Positions 1 through 9,275 of a stretch of DNA of 64,000 nt are shown here, in pieces. The position numbers and the translations under genes were made by a program. The stretch covers positions 124,001 to 188,000 of the IMG/VR virus record IMGVR_UViG_3300031957_002643; one strand, 5' to 3'. Under the pieces are notes generated by a model. The model worked only from the letters and a program-made list of their open reading frames with translations, did not search any database and was not told the DNA's origin. The first letter of the stretch is position 1. Each line of letters starts with the position of its first letter.

Positions 1-741
1 TTGAAATCTGATTTTTCCAGTTACCAAAAATTGAGTAATGGATTCTGTCATCAACTCATCCACAACAGCCAGATTATTGTTTCTCGCACTTCCAAATGTG
101 AAGAAGGCATTATAGAAATTGGCAATTTCAGGAGGTTGTCTAAAAACGCCATCATCGGCAGCAAAGCCGGTTGGGGCGCTCCATAGATTATATCCATACA
201 TCTCGGAAATAATTTTTTCCATCTCTCCAAATACTTTTTTGGTGAAGACGTGCCACACATAATCAAATTCCAACCCTTTTCGCGGGTAGTTAATGATTTC
301 ATGTGCAAACCGATGCATGAAACTCCAAGGTGTCATTTTGCCCTTGATCATAACGATGACGCCCTCATCATTTAAAACCTCAACATCCAAACCACTAAGA
401 ATAAGAACAATAGACCCTTTTCGCTTATTGGTAGCTATGAGTTTCTTTAAAGATTCGGGATGTTCGTCTCGGGTATATTTTGTCAAATCCCGATTGATGA
501 CAAAATAATCAATATCAACTGGTAGTCGGTCTAGGACCTTTTTAACACGTTCCAATAGATCGGAATTCAAAATGATGTCTTTTTGCTCATCATTCCAATC
601 CGATCCAGTTTTGTGTATAATCTTTTTGTGGCCCAGCAGTCCGAAGAAACGTGGTTTCTTGTAGACGAGTTCAAACGTGTCCGAATCCCAATCGTCACCT
701 TTGATCACCTGTCCAGCTTCTATCAAATCTTGAATTTTCAT
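1..741 (-). CDS. Hypothetical protein, runs off the window start (absent from the ORF track); paralog of the C-terminal half of 26666..27958
   Basis: Open frame from ATG at 741 to position 1 with no stop: MKIQDLIEAG...MTPWSFMHRFAHE...FTFGSARNNNL...ITQFLVTG. ATAAATA lies 5 nt upstream. Confidence 0.8.
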   Translation of the reverse strand, partial: MKIQDLIEAGQVIKGDDWDSDTFELVYKKPRFFGLLGHKKIIHKTGSDWNDEQKDIILNSDLLERVKKVLDRLPVDIDYFVINRDLTKYTRDEHPESLKKLIATNKRKGSIVLILSGLDVEVLNDEGVIVMIKGKMTPWSFMHRFAHEIINYPRKGLEFDYVWHVFTKKVFGEMEKIISEMYGYNLWSAPTGFAADDGVFRQPPEIANFYNAFFTFGSARNNNLAVVDELMTESITQFLVTGKIRFQ

Positions 742-878
742 GAAGATATTTATTGGAAGTATGGCGTTAGATGATCTTTTGCTTCACGAGCGTCATCCCT
801 ACTCGTTGATCGGTCTATCATTAGAGTTGATAGGGTTAAGGACGCCATACTTCCAAAGGTTAATATAACGCAAAAACG

Positions 879-910
879 CGAAAGGGCAACCCGTTAGGAC
901 TGCCCTTTCG
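879..910 (-). terminator. Intrinsic terminator
   Basis: 10-bp stem CGAAAGGGCA/TGCCCTTTCG followed by a T run on the minus strand. Confidence 0.75.
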
Positions 911-996
911 AGGTCCGTTCTGTTGCTAAGTGGACAAATCTCCGATCAAGCTGCATGAGCTAGATCAAGGCTTTCATTATCGTTGCCAGTTGATAG

Positions 997-1037
997 TATT
1001 TATATGACACCATAATTCTTATGTCAACCTATAAATA
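997..1037. promoter_or_regulatory. Divergent pair of T4-type late promoters (TATAAATA on minus 997-1004 and on plus 1030-1037)
   Basis: Exact TATAAATA, the T4 gp55 late-promoter consensus, on both strands. Confidence 0.65.
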
Positions 1038-1061
1038 AAGGAAAATGTGAAGGTATTTTTC

Positions 1062-1871
1062 ATGGCTGATCCACTACGCTTAAAACTGAATGAGATTCTA
1101 ACCGAGTCTGAAGAACTTATGGAACGTCTTGATGTTGCAACGACTGTTCAAAAGATGGGTCCAAAGATTGAAGAGCGTCTTAAGAAAGACAATACTGCAA
1201 ACGGTATCACCGTGGAACAATTCGTCGAACGTGTTATCCAAGTTGATCCCACCCCAAATCAAAAATACGGCATGTGGATCATTCGTGCATATCTAACTGG
1301 TGGAATTCAACGCTACGAAGACCTTTATAAAGTCACTGAACCTCTTGGTATCTTCCATAAGTTCAAAGCAAAAATGGAAATCAAGGACATCAATCAGGTC
1401 AAAAAGCTCATCGATCTAATCCAAATGACCGAACCGTTCAAGGATCAACAAACTGGACGCGAAGGAAAGAAGGGCGAAAAGGACGAACTTATTAACAAAG
1501 GAGAAGCAAAAGTGTTGTATGATGATAAGCGTTTCTCTGTAGTTGTTCCGAAGACCAAAGAAGCTGCATGTCATTTTGGCAAGAACACTCAGTGGTGTAC
1601 CGCTGCAACATCTAGCGACAACATGTTTGACCATTATGCTAAAAATGGTGACCTGTACATCATTCTTGACAAGCCGAACAATCGCCGCTGGCAGTTCTCG
1701 TTTGCCGACCAGCAATTCATGGACGAGCGCGATGAACCGATCAAATTGTACAATTTCTTCAAAGAACATGGAGAACTACTGAAAATTCCAGAGTTCTCCA
1801 CGCACTTCAGTTTCTATACGCATGCTGATGGGGAAGAAGGCTACAAGCTGATTATTCCGCTGAAGTCCTAA
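1062..1871 (+). CDS. Hypothetical phage protein (TQWCT motif)
   Basis: ORF track, natural composition, downstream of a late promoter. Confidence 0.75.
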   Translation: MADPLRLKLNEILTESEELMERLDVATTVQKMGPKIEERLKKDNTANGITVEQFVERVIQVDPTPNQKYGMWIIRAYLTGGIQRYEDLYKVTEPLGIFHKFKAKMEIKDINQVKKLIDLIQMTEPFKDQQTGREGKKGEKDELINKGEAKVLYDDKRFSVVVPKTKEAACHFGKNTQWCTAATSSDNMFDHYAKNGDLYIILDKPNNRRWQFSFADQQFMDERDEPIKLYNFFKEHGELLKIPEFSTHFSFYTHADGEEGYKLIIPLKS

Positions 1872-2158
1872 TTCACCGTATCAAACACCGTAGGATCACC
1901 CCACGTGGCCCCATTCGGACGCTGTTGATAAACAAGTCGCATTATGCCCTTGCCATCAGCCGGAAGTTTACGTGAAATTTGATAAACATCACATCCCTTA
2001 TTGTCGCCCGTGAAAACAAGTCCCGGTTCTCGACAGGATGTCAGCACGCGGACCCATGATAGTTGCACATCCACCATTTCATGAATCACATCATAACGAC
2101 GAGTGCTTCCGTTGTTCACGTATTTGCACTTCTTCTGAATTTCGGCAATATCCAACAT
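1868..2158 (-). CDS. Hypothetical protein
   Basis: ORF track, co-oriented with 2163..2708. Confidence 0.6.
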   Translation of the reverse strand: MLDIAEIQKKCKYVNNGSTRRYDVIHEMVDVQLSWVRVLTSCREPGLVFTGDNKGCDVYQISRKLPADGKGIMRLVYQQRPNGATWGDPTVFDTVN

Positions 2159-2162
2159 TGTA

Positions 2163-2708
2163 TTAGTCCTTATTTTTGGGGAATTTCCGATTGATCACCG
2201 TGAGCGCTTCCGGGCAATTCCGTTCCAAAGATGTTTCCACGCTGGCATAAAAGGCCTTCATGAAATTCGAAATGTATTGAATGATCGCTGCCTTGTCGCA
2301 TCCATTTGGAATGAGGAAATCATCCCCGTTTTCAGTCAAATGCACATACTTGAACATGTGCATGAACGGATCAGCGTCCAGTACATCACGGAGGCATTCA
2401 TGTTCAATTTGATATCGAACAGCACACGCTTGAATCTCACGCTGACGCGGAGTTCGAGGAAAGCTGATGATTTTGCCAGATTGGTGATTCGGAAATGACC
2501 CGCTCTCTTTCAGGTCATTCATACCTGTCAGAACCATTTCGGTTTGCTTCGCGTCCATGCGAGCCATATTCAACAGTTGAACCAGCCACTTCGTATCATC
2601 ATCAAGGTCACAATAGCGGTCCATGGTATAGTGATTGTACCGAATACAATCACGATTGTGTTCACCGTTGGTATTTTTACAGTGAGGGCACTGATCTTCA
2701 TACGACAT
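2163..2708 (-). CDS. Hypothetical protein
   Basis: ORF preceded by the repeated promoter/SD cassette. Confidence 0.75.
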   Translation of the reverse strand: MSYEDQCPHCKNTNGEHNRDCIRYNHYTMDRYCDLDDDTKWLVQLLNMARMDAKQTEMVLTGMNDLKESGSFPNHQSGKIISFPRTPRQREIQACAVRYQIEHECLRDVLDADPFMHMFKYVHLTENGDDFLIPNGCDKAAIIQYISNFMKAFYASVETSLERNCPEALTVINRKFPKNKD

Positions 2709-2764
2709 AATGTTCTCTCCCGTTGAACAATAACTGTTATATACGGAAGAAATACAGTTGTCAA
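2706..2764 (-). repeat. Dispersed ~59-bp sigma70 promoter plus SD cassette, copy 1 (others at 24209..24267, 25832..25890 and variant 37577..37630)
   Basis: TTGACAACTGTATTTCTTCCGTATATAACAGTTATTGTTCAACGGGAGAGAACATTATG, near-identical in three places. Confidence 0.9.
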
Positions 2765-2914
2765 TCTAAATTAATGACTGCCGATACCAGTCAGTTACTA
2801 CTCGCTGCTTATCAGCATGACCGCAACCAAGGTGCTGCTCGGGTCCAAGGAACGAATTCCTCTTGATCTTTAACGACCATGGGACATATGCATGGTCAGG
2901 GATATTTATATGAC

Positions 2915-2944
2915 AAAGCCCCAAGGCTTTCGCCAAGGGGCTTT
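2915..2944. terminator. Hairpin terminator downstream of the tmRNA
   Basis: AAAGCCCC...GGGGCTTT stem with an internal hairpin, flanked by A/T runs. Confidence 0.7.
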
Positions 2945-3237
2945 TTCTGTTTCGAGGGTTGTCAGACCCCAAGTGGCTTACGCAGCGATGCGAGCCTCAA
3001 CGGCAAAATCATTATCATTTGCAGTTATTTAAGTTGTGCCTATAACGGGCCACACCCGGCAATCTCAACTTCGCTAATACACACCCATCGATCCTATTTC
3101 GCCCCCATCAGCAGCACATACTGTCGCCATGTTCGCTACGCCGGTCATGACCAAACCTTAAAGTATGTGCTGTTGGTGGAGGCGTCGGGTACTGCCCCCG
3201 AGTCTGGTCTGCTGTTCGCTCCGCATCATCAATTACA
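2945..3237 (-). ncRNA. ssrA: Permuted two-piece tmRNA (alphaproteobacterial type), tag ANDNDFAVEARIAA
   Basis: Acceptor piece ending GACTCGGGGGCAGTACCCGACGCCTCCACCA (CCA at 3174) comes first, then an intervening 11-bp hairpin, then the coding piece starting GGGGGCGAAATAGGATCGA (3106). Tag frame 3022..2978. TTGACA-17-TATAAG promoter at 3272..3244. Confidence 0.95.
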
Positions 3238-3268
3238 AATATACTTATAAGGGTTACCGATTCAAATG

Positions 3269-3555
3269 TCAACCGGTTTTTTGCTTATTGTCAGAATTTC
3301 TTCCAATATGGTATCCATCACAAAATAAGCACTTGTAGTTGCTGTAATAGTAGCCGTACTTTTTCTGCATTTTTTGTGCAGCCTTAGTGGCAGATTTCTT
3401 GCTTCCATAGGCAATCTTTGGCTGACCATTCGCATTTTCATGAGAGCGCCTACTACGAAGGCCTCGCATGTGACCTTTGCGCAGATTTCTCAAAAAGCGA
3501 GTTAAGGGGCCTTGGTCCAAAACAACCAGCCAGAGGTTTCTAAGTTTAATCATGT
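3269..3555 (-). CDS. Small basic hypothetical protein with C-x2-C..H motif (start approximate)
   Basis: C-terminal part of track ORF 3269..3742, YKCLFCDGYHIG. Confidence 0.55.
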
Positions 3556-3692
3556 GTCTACTTACTGCATTAGTATAATACCAAAACAACAAAGCCCCCA
3601 TTGGGGGCTTTGTCATTGACACAGCACATGTGTGCCGTGGCAGAGCGGTCATTTTACATTTAATAGATAAATGTGCGGATGTCAACCCGATA

Positions 3693-4037
3693 TCAAAATA
3701 AATCTGGTTCTTCGTAGTCGTTTGGCACAAATACATATTCAATGCCAGAGTGAACTAGATAATAGACCCGGTAGCCATGAAGCCTACTGGTGGCATATTT
3801 CACATGCCAATCATCTTTCATTTCAAATTCAAACCGAGAATAACCCAAATCTTTTTCGATTTCTTCATAATTGTCTAAGCCCACGAATTGAATAAATTGT
3901 TCTCGTGAAATTTCATCAGACATATCTATCATGTCTGATAGACCACCATCGCTATCAACATCATGATGATTCCAGTTCACACAGTTGCTATAATATTGAA
4001 ATCGGTGTTCATTCAAAAGAATTGAGAGTTTCATCAA
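3693..4037 (-). CDS. Hypothetical protein
   Basis: ORF track, overlaps the stop of 4034..4630. Confidence 0.7.
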   Translation of the reverse strand: MMKLSILLNEHRFQYYSNCVNWNHHDVDSDGGLSDMIDMSDEISREQFIQFVGLDNYEEIEKDLGYSRFEFEMKDDWHVKYATSRLHGYRVYYLVHSGIEYVFVPNDYEEPDLF

Positions 4038-4630
4038 ACAACTCCACCAAGATAGATGGTTGATTCTTTTTGATTGCCATCAGAATAGAACAGCGTCGAA
4101 CCGTTCAAGGCGAAATCACCAAGATTTAATTCGTCGTATTTGAAATTGAGAAGGTTTGCGATCTCTTTACCCTTGCCTTTCTTGACATAAGCAATAGTAA
4201 TATGAGCACGATAGTCTTTGAACTGGCTTTCTTGACAATCGAAATGATCCTCGATGAGTTTTTTGATTTTCGCAAGTTGTGACGTGTCTTCGTCGCTGAT
4301 TTCCAAATGAACACAATCGGCCTCGCCCTCCATCACGTTTTCGAAAAATCCAATTTCCTTAATAGCCGAAGCGCCCGTGTTTACTACAGGCTGATCGCCA
4401 AGAAGGTCTTGCATTTTCATAGGATCATATTCATTGATCCCGTATCTGACGGTGATGTGATGGAAATGCTCAACTGGCATTCCACGATCATTGTAAAGAT
4501 CGTCACTATCGATAAGTTTTGCCAGCTTTAATGCTTCTGGACATTCAACTAATAGCATAACAATACCGCTTCTTGGTGGCGATTTATTTTCTTCTAGCAG
4601 AATAGAGTTCAAAAGCTTAGCACTTACCAT
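4034..4630 (-). CDS. 2H phosphoesterase (T4 gp57B/Acb1-like)
   Basis: Two HxT motifs: HHITVRYG and DYRAHITIAY. Confidence 0.8.
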   Translation of the reverse strand: MVSAKLLNSILLEENKSPPRSGIVMLLVECPEALKLAKLIDSDDLYNDRGMPVEHFHHITVRYGINEYDPMKMQDLLGDQPVVNTGASAIKEIGFFENVMEGEADCVHLEISDEDTSQLAKIKKLIEDHFDCQESQFKDYRAHITIAYVKKGKGKEIANLLNFKYDELNLGDFALNGSTLFYSDGNQKESTIYLGGVV

Positions 4631-5685
4631 TCGAATTTTAGTTTTACTGAATCGTCCACAAGTTCAAGTTCCACATCAGCACAATTACATTTGGTCTGAA
4701 GGTCTTTAATAATACTGCTTTTAAGAGCGGTCGTGTTTTTCACACGAATTGCTACATAGCGTTCTGCTTCGTTAATATCAAGATCAACAGAATGAATAGA
4801 TGGTTTGTGTACATCGAAGCCCGGTTTCATGACTGGTGATAGACCAAGCTCGTTCGTCATGACATTCAATAAGAATGATGCGCGAGCCTTATAATCATCA
4901 CCTTCTTCAAACACTTCATTCAGGTGGCGTTCGATTTTATATTTTTCAGCAAAAGATGGAACTTTCGGTGCAAGAGCTTCCTTGAGTTCAACAGCACTTT
5001 TAATCAAAATTCCGCCAGCATTTTCATCCTTACGGTCACCAACGAAAACCTGACCATCCTTGATCGTGAACTCATAGATACCCTTCTTAAGTGATCTTCC
5101 AGTATGCTCTTTGAGAACATTGTGTGTCGCTCTATAAAGAATGCTTTCGGATATTGCTTTAGATTCTTCTTCACGAGCTTTCTTACGATCTGCCATGTTC
5201 TTCATCAACTCATGAACGCTTTCCTGTCCAACTAGCGTTTGAACTGAAATATCATCCTCTGGGAAATCACGTGGGCTTTCACCCATTGCCTGCTTTAGAA
5301 GAGCTTCATCATCTGCCTTCTTGCTGGTTGTGACTTGTGGGATTTTGCCATCTTCAGAAACAAAGAAATACTTCACAGGAATATGTGTGGTTTGGTTCAA
5401 TTCCATTTTGATTTGTTCATACATTCCTCGTGGCATTTGTCCGATGGTTGCTTCAACGGTGTAAAGCGTACCGAACGATAAGGACGGGAATTGCGGTGGT
5501 GCAGATTGGAATGGTTTGGGAGCTTTCGCTTCAATATCACGCAAGTCATACTTTTGGAGAGCCATTTCGATCTTCTCCATATAGTCTTCTTTGAAGATAT
5601 CGTAATATGAGAGGATGGTAATTTTGTACTCATCTTCTGTTAGGGCGAAATATTCATGAATCGTTTTCATTGTTATCCTCTGCAT
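4624..5685 (-). CDS. Hypothetical protein
   Basis: 353-aa ORF in operon. Confidence 0.75.
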   Translation of the reverse strand: MQRITMKTIHEYFALTEDEYKITILSYYDIFKEDYMEKIEMALQKYDLRDIEAKAPKPFQSAPPQFPSLSFGTLYTVEATIGQMPRGMYEQIKMELNQTTHIPVKYFFVSEDGKIPQVTTSKKADDEALLKQAMGESPRDFPEDDISVQTLVGQESVHELMKNMADRKKAREEESKAISESILYRATHNVLKEHTGRSLKKGIYEFTIKDGQVFVGDRKDENAGGILIKSAVELKEALAPKVPSFAEKYKIERHLNEVFEEGDDYKARASFLLNVMTNELGLSPVMKPGFDVHKPSIHSVDLDINEAERYVAIRVKNTTALKSSIIKDLQTKCNCADVELELVDDSVKLKFEW

Positions 5686-6163
5686 CGATAATGTTGTTTT
5701 GCTCTTCGAGCATTTTTAGAACTTCTTCGCGGGTTCCGTAAAAATTGTTTTGCTGTGCATTCACTATTGAATTCGGGGCACCAGTCTTCACTTTATCAAG
5801 ATTGTGCTGTTTGCTTTTATGAGCAGCATCTTGTTTCATCTTGATTGCATCTAATGCAATCTTGTAGTATTGTCCGCCAACTTCATACATTCTTGCTTGG
5901 GAACGTGGCTCATAATCTCTAGCCAATTCTGCAATGTGTTTGGCGTTTGACATTGTATGTTTGATAATGTCATCTGTTTTTTCATGACCATCATCAATGA
6001 TTGCATCTTCTTTGCTATCATCAATCGGTTGGATTTCCTGTTCAGCAGGAAGGAAGTCATTAGTAGTAGACACGACATCTTGGCCATCGATAGAGTATTC
6101 TTCGACGGACAAATTAGGCTCTGCCATGCCAAGGCTTTCTGCGATCTTCTTCATATCACTCAT
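5654..6163 (-). CDS. Terminase small subunit (T4 gp16-like); start at 6163 or 6154
   Basis: RMYEVGGQYYKIALD and NNFYGTREEVLKML resemble gp16-family motifs; TATAAATA at the start. Confidence 0.65.
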   Translation of the reverse strand: MSDMKKIAESLGMAEPNLSVEEYSIDGQDVVSTTNDFLPAEQEIQPIDDSKEDAIIDDGHEKTDDIIKHTMSNAKHIAELARDYEPRSQARMYEVGGQYYKIALDAIKMKQDAAHKSKQHNLDKVKTGAPNSIVNAQQNNFYGTREEVLKMLEEQNNIIDAEDNNENDS

Positions 6164-6373
6164 ATTTATAGTCCAAGCAATAAATATAGCGTAGGAGGAA
6201 TTGATGAAATTCATTCCAGTAATAATTCTTTCCCTATTCATTGCCGGATGTGCAACGGATAGAGGAATGATGCCAAGGGGCACAGAGGCGGGACCAACGC
6301 CATATGGATATATTGAAATGTGCGAAGACCCAGAAAGACGGTCTGAGATACATTGTCCAGAAGAGAACGATCA

Positions 6374-6775
6374 ATGAGTACCAAAGAAATTTGTGATGCT
6401 GTCAAAAAGGCAGTAGACAAGGCTATTATATGGATGGCCGATGAACACACCGTTAACCAAATCGAGCACTGGCAATCCCATGCTCACAGAATTATGGAAG
6501 ACGAAAACTATCACACCGCAGATGATTGTGATGGGTTTGCACTAACTAGTGCTGAACTTTTATTTGAACGCGGAATTGATAGAGCACTAATTCGAATTGT
6601 ATATTGCGAAACATCGGAAGGTGGTCATCTGGTATGTGCCGTAGATGATCCAGACGAAGATACGACATGGGTTTTAGACAACAATGAAACCCGTGTAGTC
6701 AAATGGGGTAGTGTAAATTACAGATGGATCAGTTACATGTCGTATGACAATTTGGGTAACTGGATATCATTTTGA
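6374..6775 (+). CDS. Transglutaminase-like cysteine peptidase (BTLCP-type)
   Basis: Cys-His-Asp motifs DDCDGFA, GHLVCAV, WVLDN. Confidence 0.75.
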   Translation: MSTKEICDAVKKAVDKAIIWMADEHTVNQIEHWQSHAHRIMEDENYHTADDCDGFALTSAELLFERGIDRALIRIVYCETSEGGHLVCAVDDPDEDTTWVLDNNETRVVKWGSVNYRWISYMSYDNLGNWISF

Positions 6776-7354
6776 TTTAACTTTAGATGTTCTAGATGCT
6801 GTTGGCGTCTTCTTCGCTTTTGAGGAAGGCGCTTTTGTTTTTGATTTCAATGCCGACTTTGGCTTTTTGGTTGCAGCCTTGGGCTTTTTGATGCCCTTCT
6901 TCTTAGGCTTTCGAACAGTTGGTGGTGCTGAGTTTTCAAACAAAGAACTTTCTGTCAGCGTCATGAACTTGATTCCACGACGACTACACCAAGCAGCAGC
7001 AGCCAACCATTTCGCTTTATTCACCATCAAACTTAAGGTGTCATACTGATTTTTGGCTTTTTCCTCTAATGCCTCTTTTTCCGGCTTGATTTCAATCAGT
7101 CTTGTCTCAACTGCACCCTTTGCATTTCTAAATTTAATAATAAAATCAGGAATATAGATTGATTGGGTTCCTTTGACTGGATTTCTATACGGAATTTCAA
7201 CAGGTTCAGAAGCCCATTCCAGCACGTCTTCATTTAAGTCACAATACTGTGCAAATCGGACTTCCCAGCTTGATCGAAGAACGATGGGATACGATCCTCT
7301 ATATTTCTTTGGATTTCTAGGCGTATAATTTACTGGCTTAGGTCTCTTGGCCAT
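6767..7354 (-). CDS. Head completion nuclease (T4 gp4-like, TnsA-like fold)
   Basis: YTPRNPKKYRG, RSSWE, WASEPVEIPY, YIPDF, LIEIKP. Confidence 0.9.
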   Translation of the reverse strand: MAKRPKPVNYTPRNPKKYRGSYPIVLRSSWEVRFAQYCDLNEDVLEWASEPVEIPYRNPVKGTQSIYIPDFIIKFRNAKGAVETRLIEIKPEKEALEEKAKNQYDTLSLMVNKAKWLAAAAWCSRRGIKFMTLTESSLFENSAPPTVRKPKKKGIKKPKAATKKPKSALKSKTKAPSSKAKKTPTASRTSKVKSK

Positions 7355-7356
7355 GA

Positions 7357-8559
7357 TCAGTTCTTAGGATTTAGATGTCTCGACAGCCATGATCCCGCAT
7401 TATTGATGTTCTGTGTCATAGTATCTCTGACATTCTGAATTGTTTCAGCAGAACCAAACGGATCATAGTTTTTCAGATTACCTAGTTGGCCACCGGCTTC
7501 TCCGAGCAATGGAAGAAGATCAGTGAACCTTCCCTGATCAATTGCCTGTTCAATCAATCGAATATTGGTAATGACATTTCTGATGTTCTGAATTGGTGTG
7601 CCAGAAGCAACAGTCTCGAATACGTTTCGTCTGAGATCATCCAGATTGAGTTCTCCACCTTGAATGGAATTCTGGACTGCCTGAATGAGTTCACCGGGCG
7701 TTACACCAATCCCATTCAGAAAATCATTTACACTGTCTGGAAGAATGCTATCGAATTTTTTCAATACCTTTTCATCATAATTGACACGTCTGGTATCTTC
7801 AATGACCGCTTTGTTCAGTGCAGTCTCAAACAGACCATCAGTATTGTGCAGTTCTTGACTATTATTATATTCATATGTGTCAAAATACTTGTATGCAAGA
7901 GTAATACTTATCTCCTGCATTCCAGACCCATCAGTATAGTCTAGAGTTACATTATCAACGGTCTTGATGATTGGGTCATATAGCTTGTACACTTGAACAG
8001 CATCGGGATCAGTTCCAAGATCGATCAATTTGATATGAGATAGGTATTTTGCCGTAGACACGTCATTTAGTCGAAGCCCCCAACTATATTCGGATGGGTT
8101 CTGTGAAATGCCTTCTGCTAATGATTGGTTCTGAAGGTTACTAGCAGTGCTGATATTATCGCCTTCAATATTGGCATCCGCAGTGCCATAATTTTGAGAA
8201 TGGTAGTGATCTCTGTACCCATTGATAAGACTGCGAGCTTGTGATCTGGAATCGTCGTATAACGTCAATTGGACATCAACGTATTCCTTCTTCGTCTTCA
8301 GATGATATTGAGTGTTGTATGATCTCAGTGTTTCAGTGTTGAAGGCAAATCCCGGTTTTGTGAATGATTTCACAAAGATAGAATTGCCACGGTTGAATTT
8401 TTTATCTAGGACTTCTGCGTTTTCCAGATTGCCATTGAAACCAAATTCAACAAAGAACGTAAAATTGGGGCGAGGCACCGATGGTCTCGCCTGAGAACTA
8501 CCATCGAAGCCTCGCAATTCATATGCGTAATTTTGAAATAGGTGTTTATCCGTAGTCAC
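7357..8559 (-). CDS. Tail tube/baseplate-tube junction-like protein
   Basis: N-terminal tube-like pattern (SFTKPGF, LTLYDD, TLDY..ITLAY), adjacent to the tube gene. Confidence 0.6.
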   Translation of the reverse strand: MTTDKHLFQNYAYELRGFDGSSQARPSVPRPNFTFFVEFGFNGNLENAEVLDKKFNRGNSIFVKSFTKPGFAFNTETLRSYNTQYHLKTKKEYVDVQLTLYDDSRSQARSLINGYRDHYHSQNYGTADANIEGDNISTASNLQNQSLAEGISQNPSEYSWGLRLNDVSTAKYLSHIKLIDLGTDPDAVQVYKLYDPIIKTVDNVTLDYTDGSGMQEISITLAYKYFDTYEYNNSQELHNTDGLFETALNKAVIEDTRRVNYDEKVLKKFDSILPDSVNDFLNGIGVTPGELIQAVQNSIQGGELNLDDLRRNVFETVASGTPIQNIRNVITNIRLIEQAIDQGRFTDLLPLLGEAGGQLGNLKNYDPFGSAETIQNVRDTMTQNINNAGSWLSRHLNPKN

Positions 8560-8580
8560 GTCTTATACCTCTGCCGGTAT

Positions 8581-9246
8581 TTAGACGTTACCGTTGCCAC
8601 CGATACCAGTTGAACTATTACCGAATAGACCTTCGATCTCAGGTGCGTGATCGTAATCGCCAAGCATGTTGCCGTTTTCGTCATAAACCGTGCAGTTATC
8701 GAAACGAAGGGTCAATGAAAGTTCTGTTGGATCAGCACTTTCATATTGCATCTCGGAAATTTCTTCACCTGTGATCTGACAACCGACAAGACACCACTTT
8801 TGAAGAATGTTAGGGTCTTGTGCAGACTGTCCAGCAGAAGCACCACCAGCAAGGACATCAATATCCAATTCGAACTTGTAATTCTCACCAGCACGAGATG
8901 CGGTTTGATCAAAGAAGTTGAATTGCTTAGAACGCTGCTTCTGAATCTTTTCAAGAACAGTGTTATCGATGTCTTCATGGAAACGAACAGTGATGTCATT
9001 CCACTCTGGACGGGTTTGTGCATAAACAATCGAATTGTAGCTGTATAGTGTTGCAGTTTCGAATGATGCAGTTGGTCGTGTAATAGCTTTAATCGCTCTG
9101 GTCAAATCATATGGTGCGGTATCACCCGGTGCACCAAAGTTGTTAAAGACAACACGGAAACGGTTTGTTAGAACCGGCTGTAGAACTGGTGATCTTTCAC
9201 CGTTCATTCCCGGCACACCAAAATTTTGTAATGAATTAACGCTCAT
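8581..9246 (-). CDS. Tail tube protein (gp19-like)
   Basis: NRFRVVF, ITRPTASF, WNDITVRFHED, WCLVGC, LTLRFD. Confidence 0.8.
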   Translation of the reverse strand: MSVNSLQNFGVPGMNGERSPVLQPVLTNRFRVVFNNFGAPGDTAPYDLTRAIKAITRPTASFETATLYSYNSIVYAQTRPEWNDITVRFHEDIDNTVLEKIQKQRSKQFNFFDQTASRAGENYKFELDIDVLAGGASAGQSAQDPNILQKWCLVGCQITGEEISEMQYESADPTELSLTLRFDNCTVYDENGNMLGDYDHAPEIEGLFGNSSTGIGGNGNV

Positions 9247-9275
9247 GAGTTTTCCCTTTAAAACTACACAAGTAT

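Noticed and set aside
2790-2897. Pistol ribozyme
   Set aside because: P1 followed by GTTAAA resembles pistol, but the order of P2, pseudoknot and P3 does not fit
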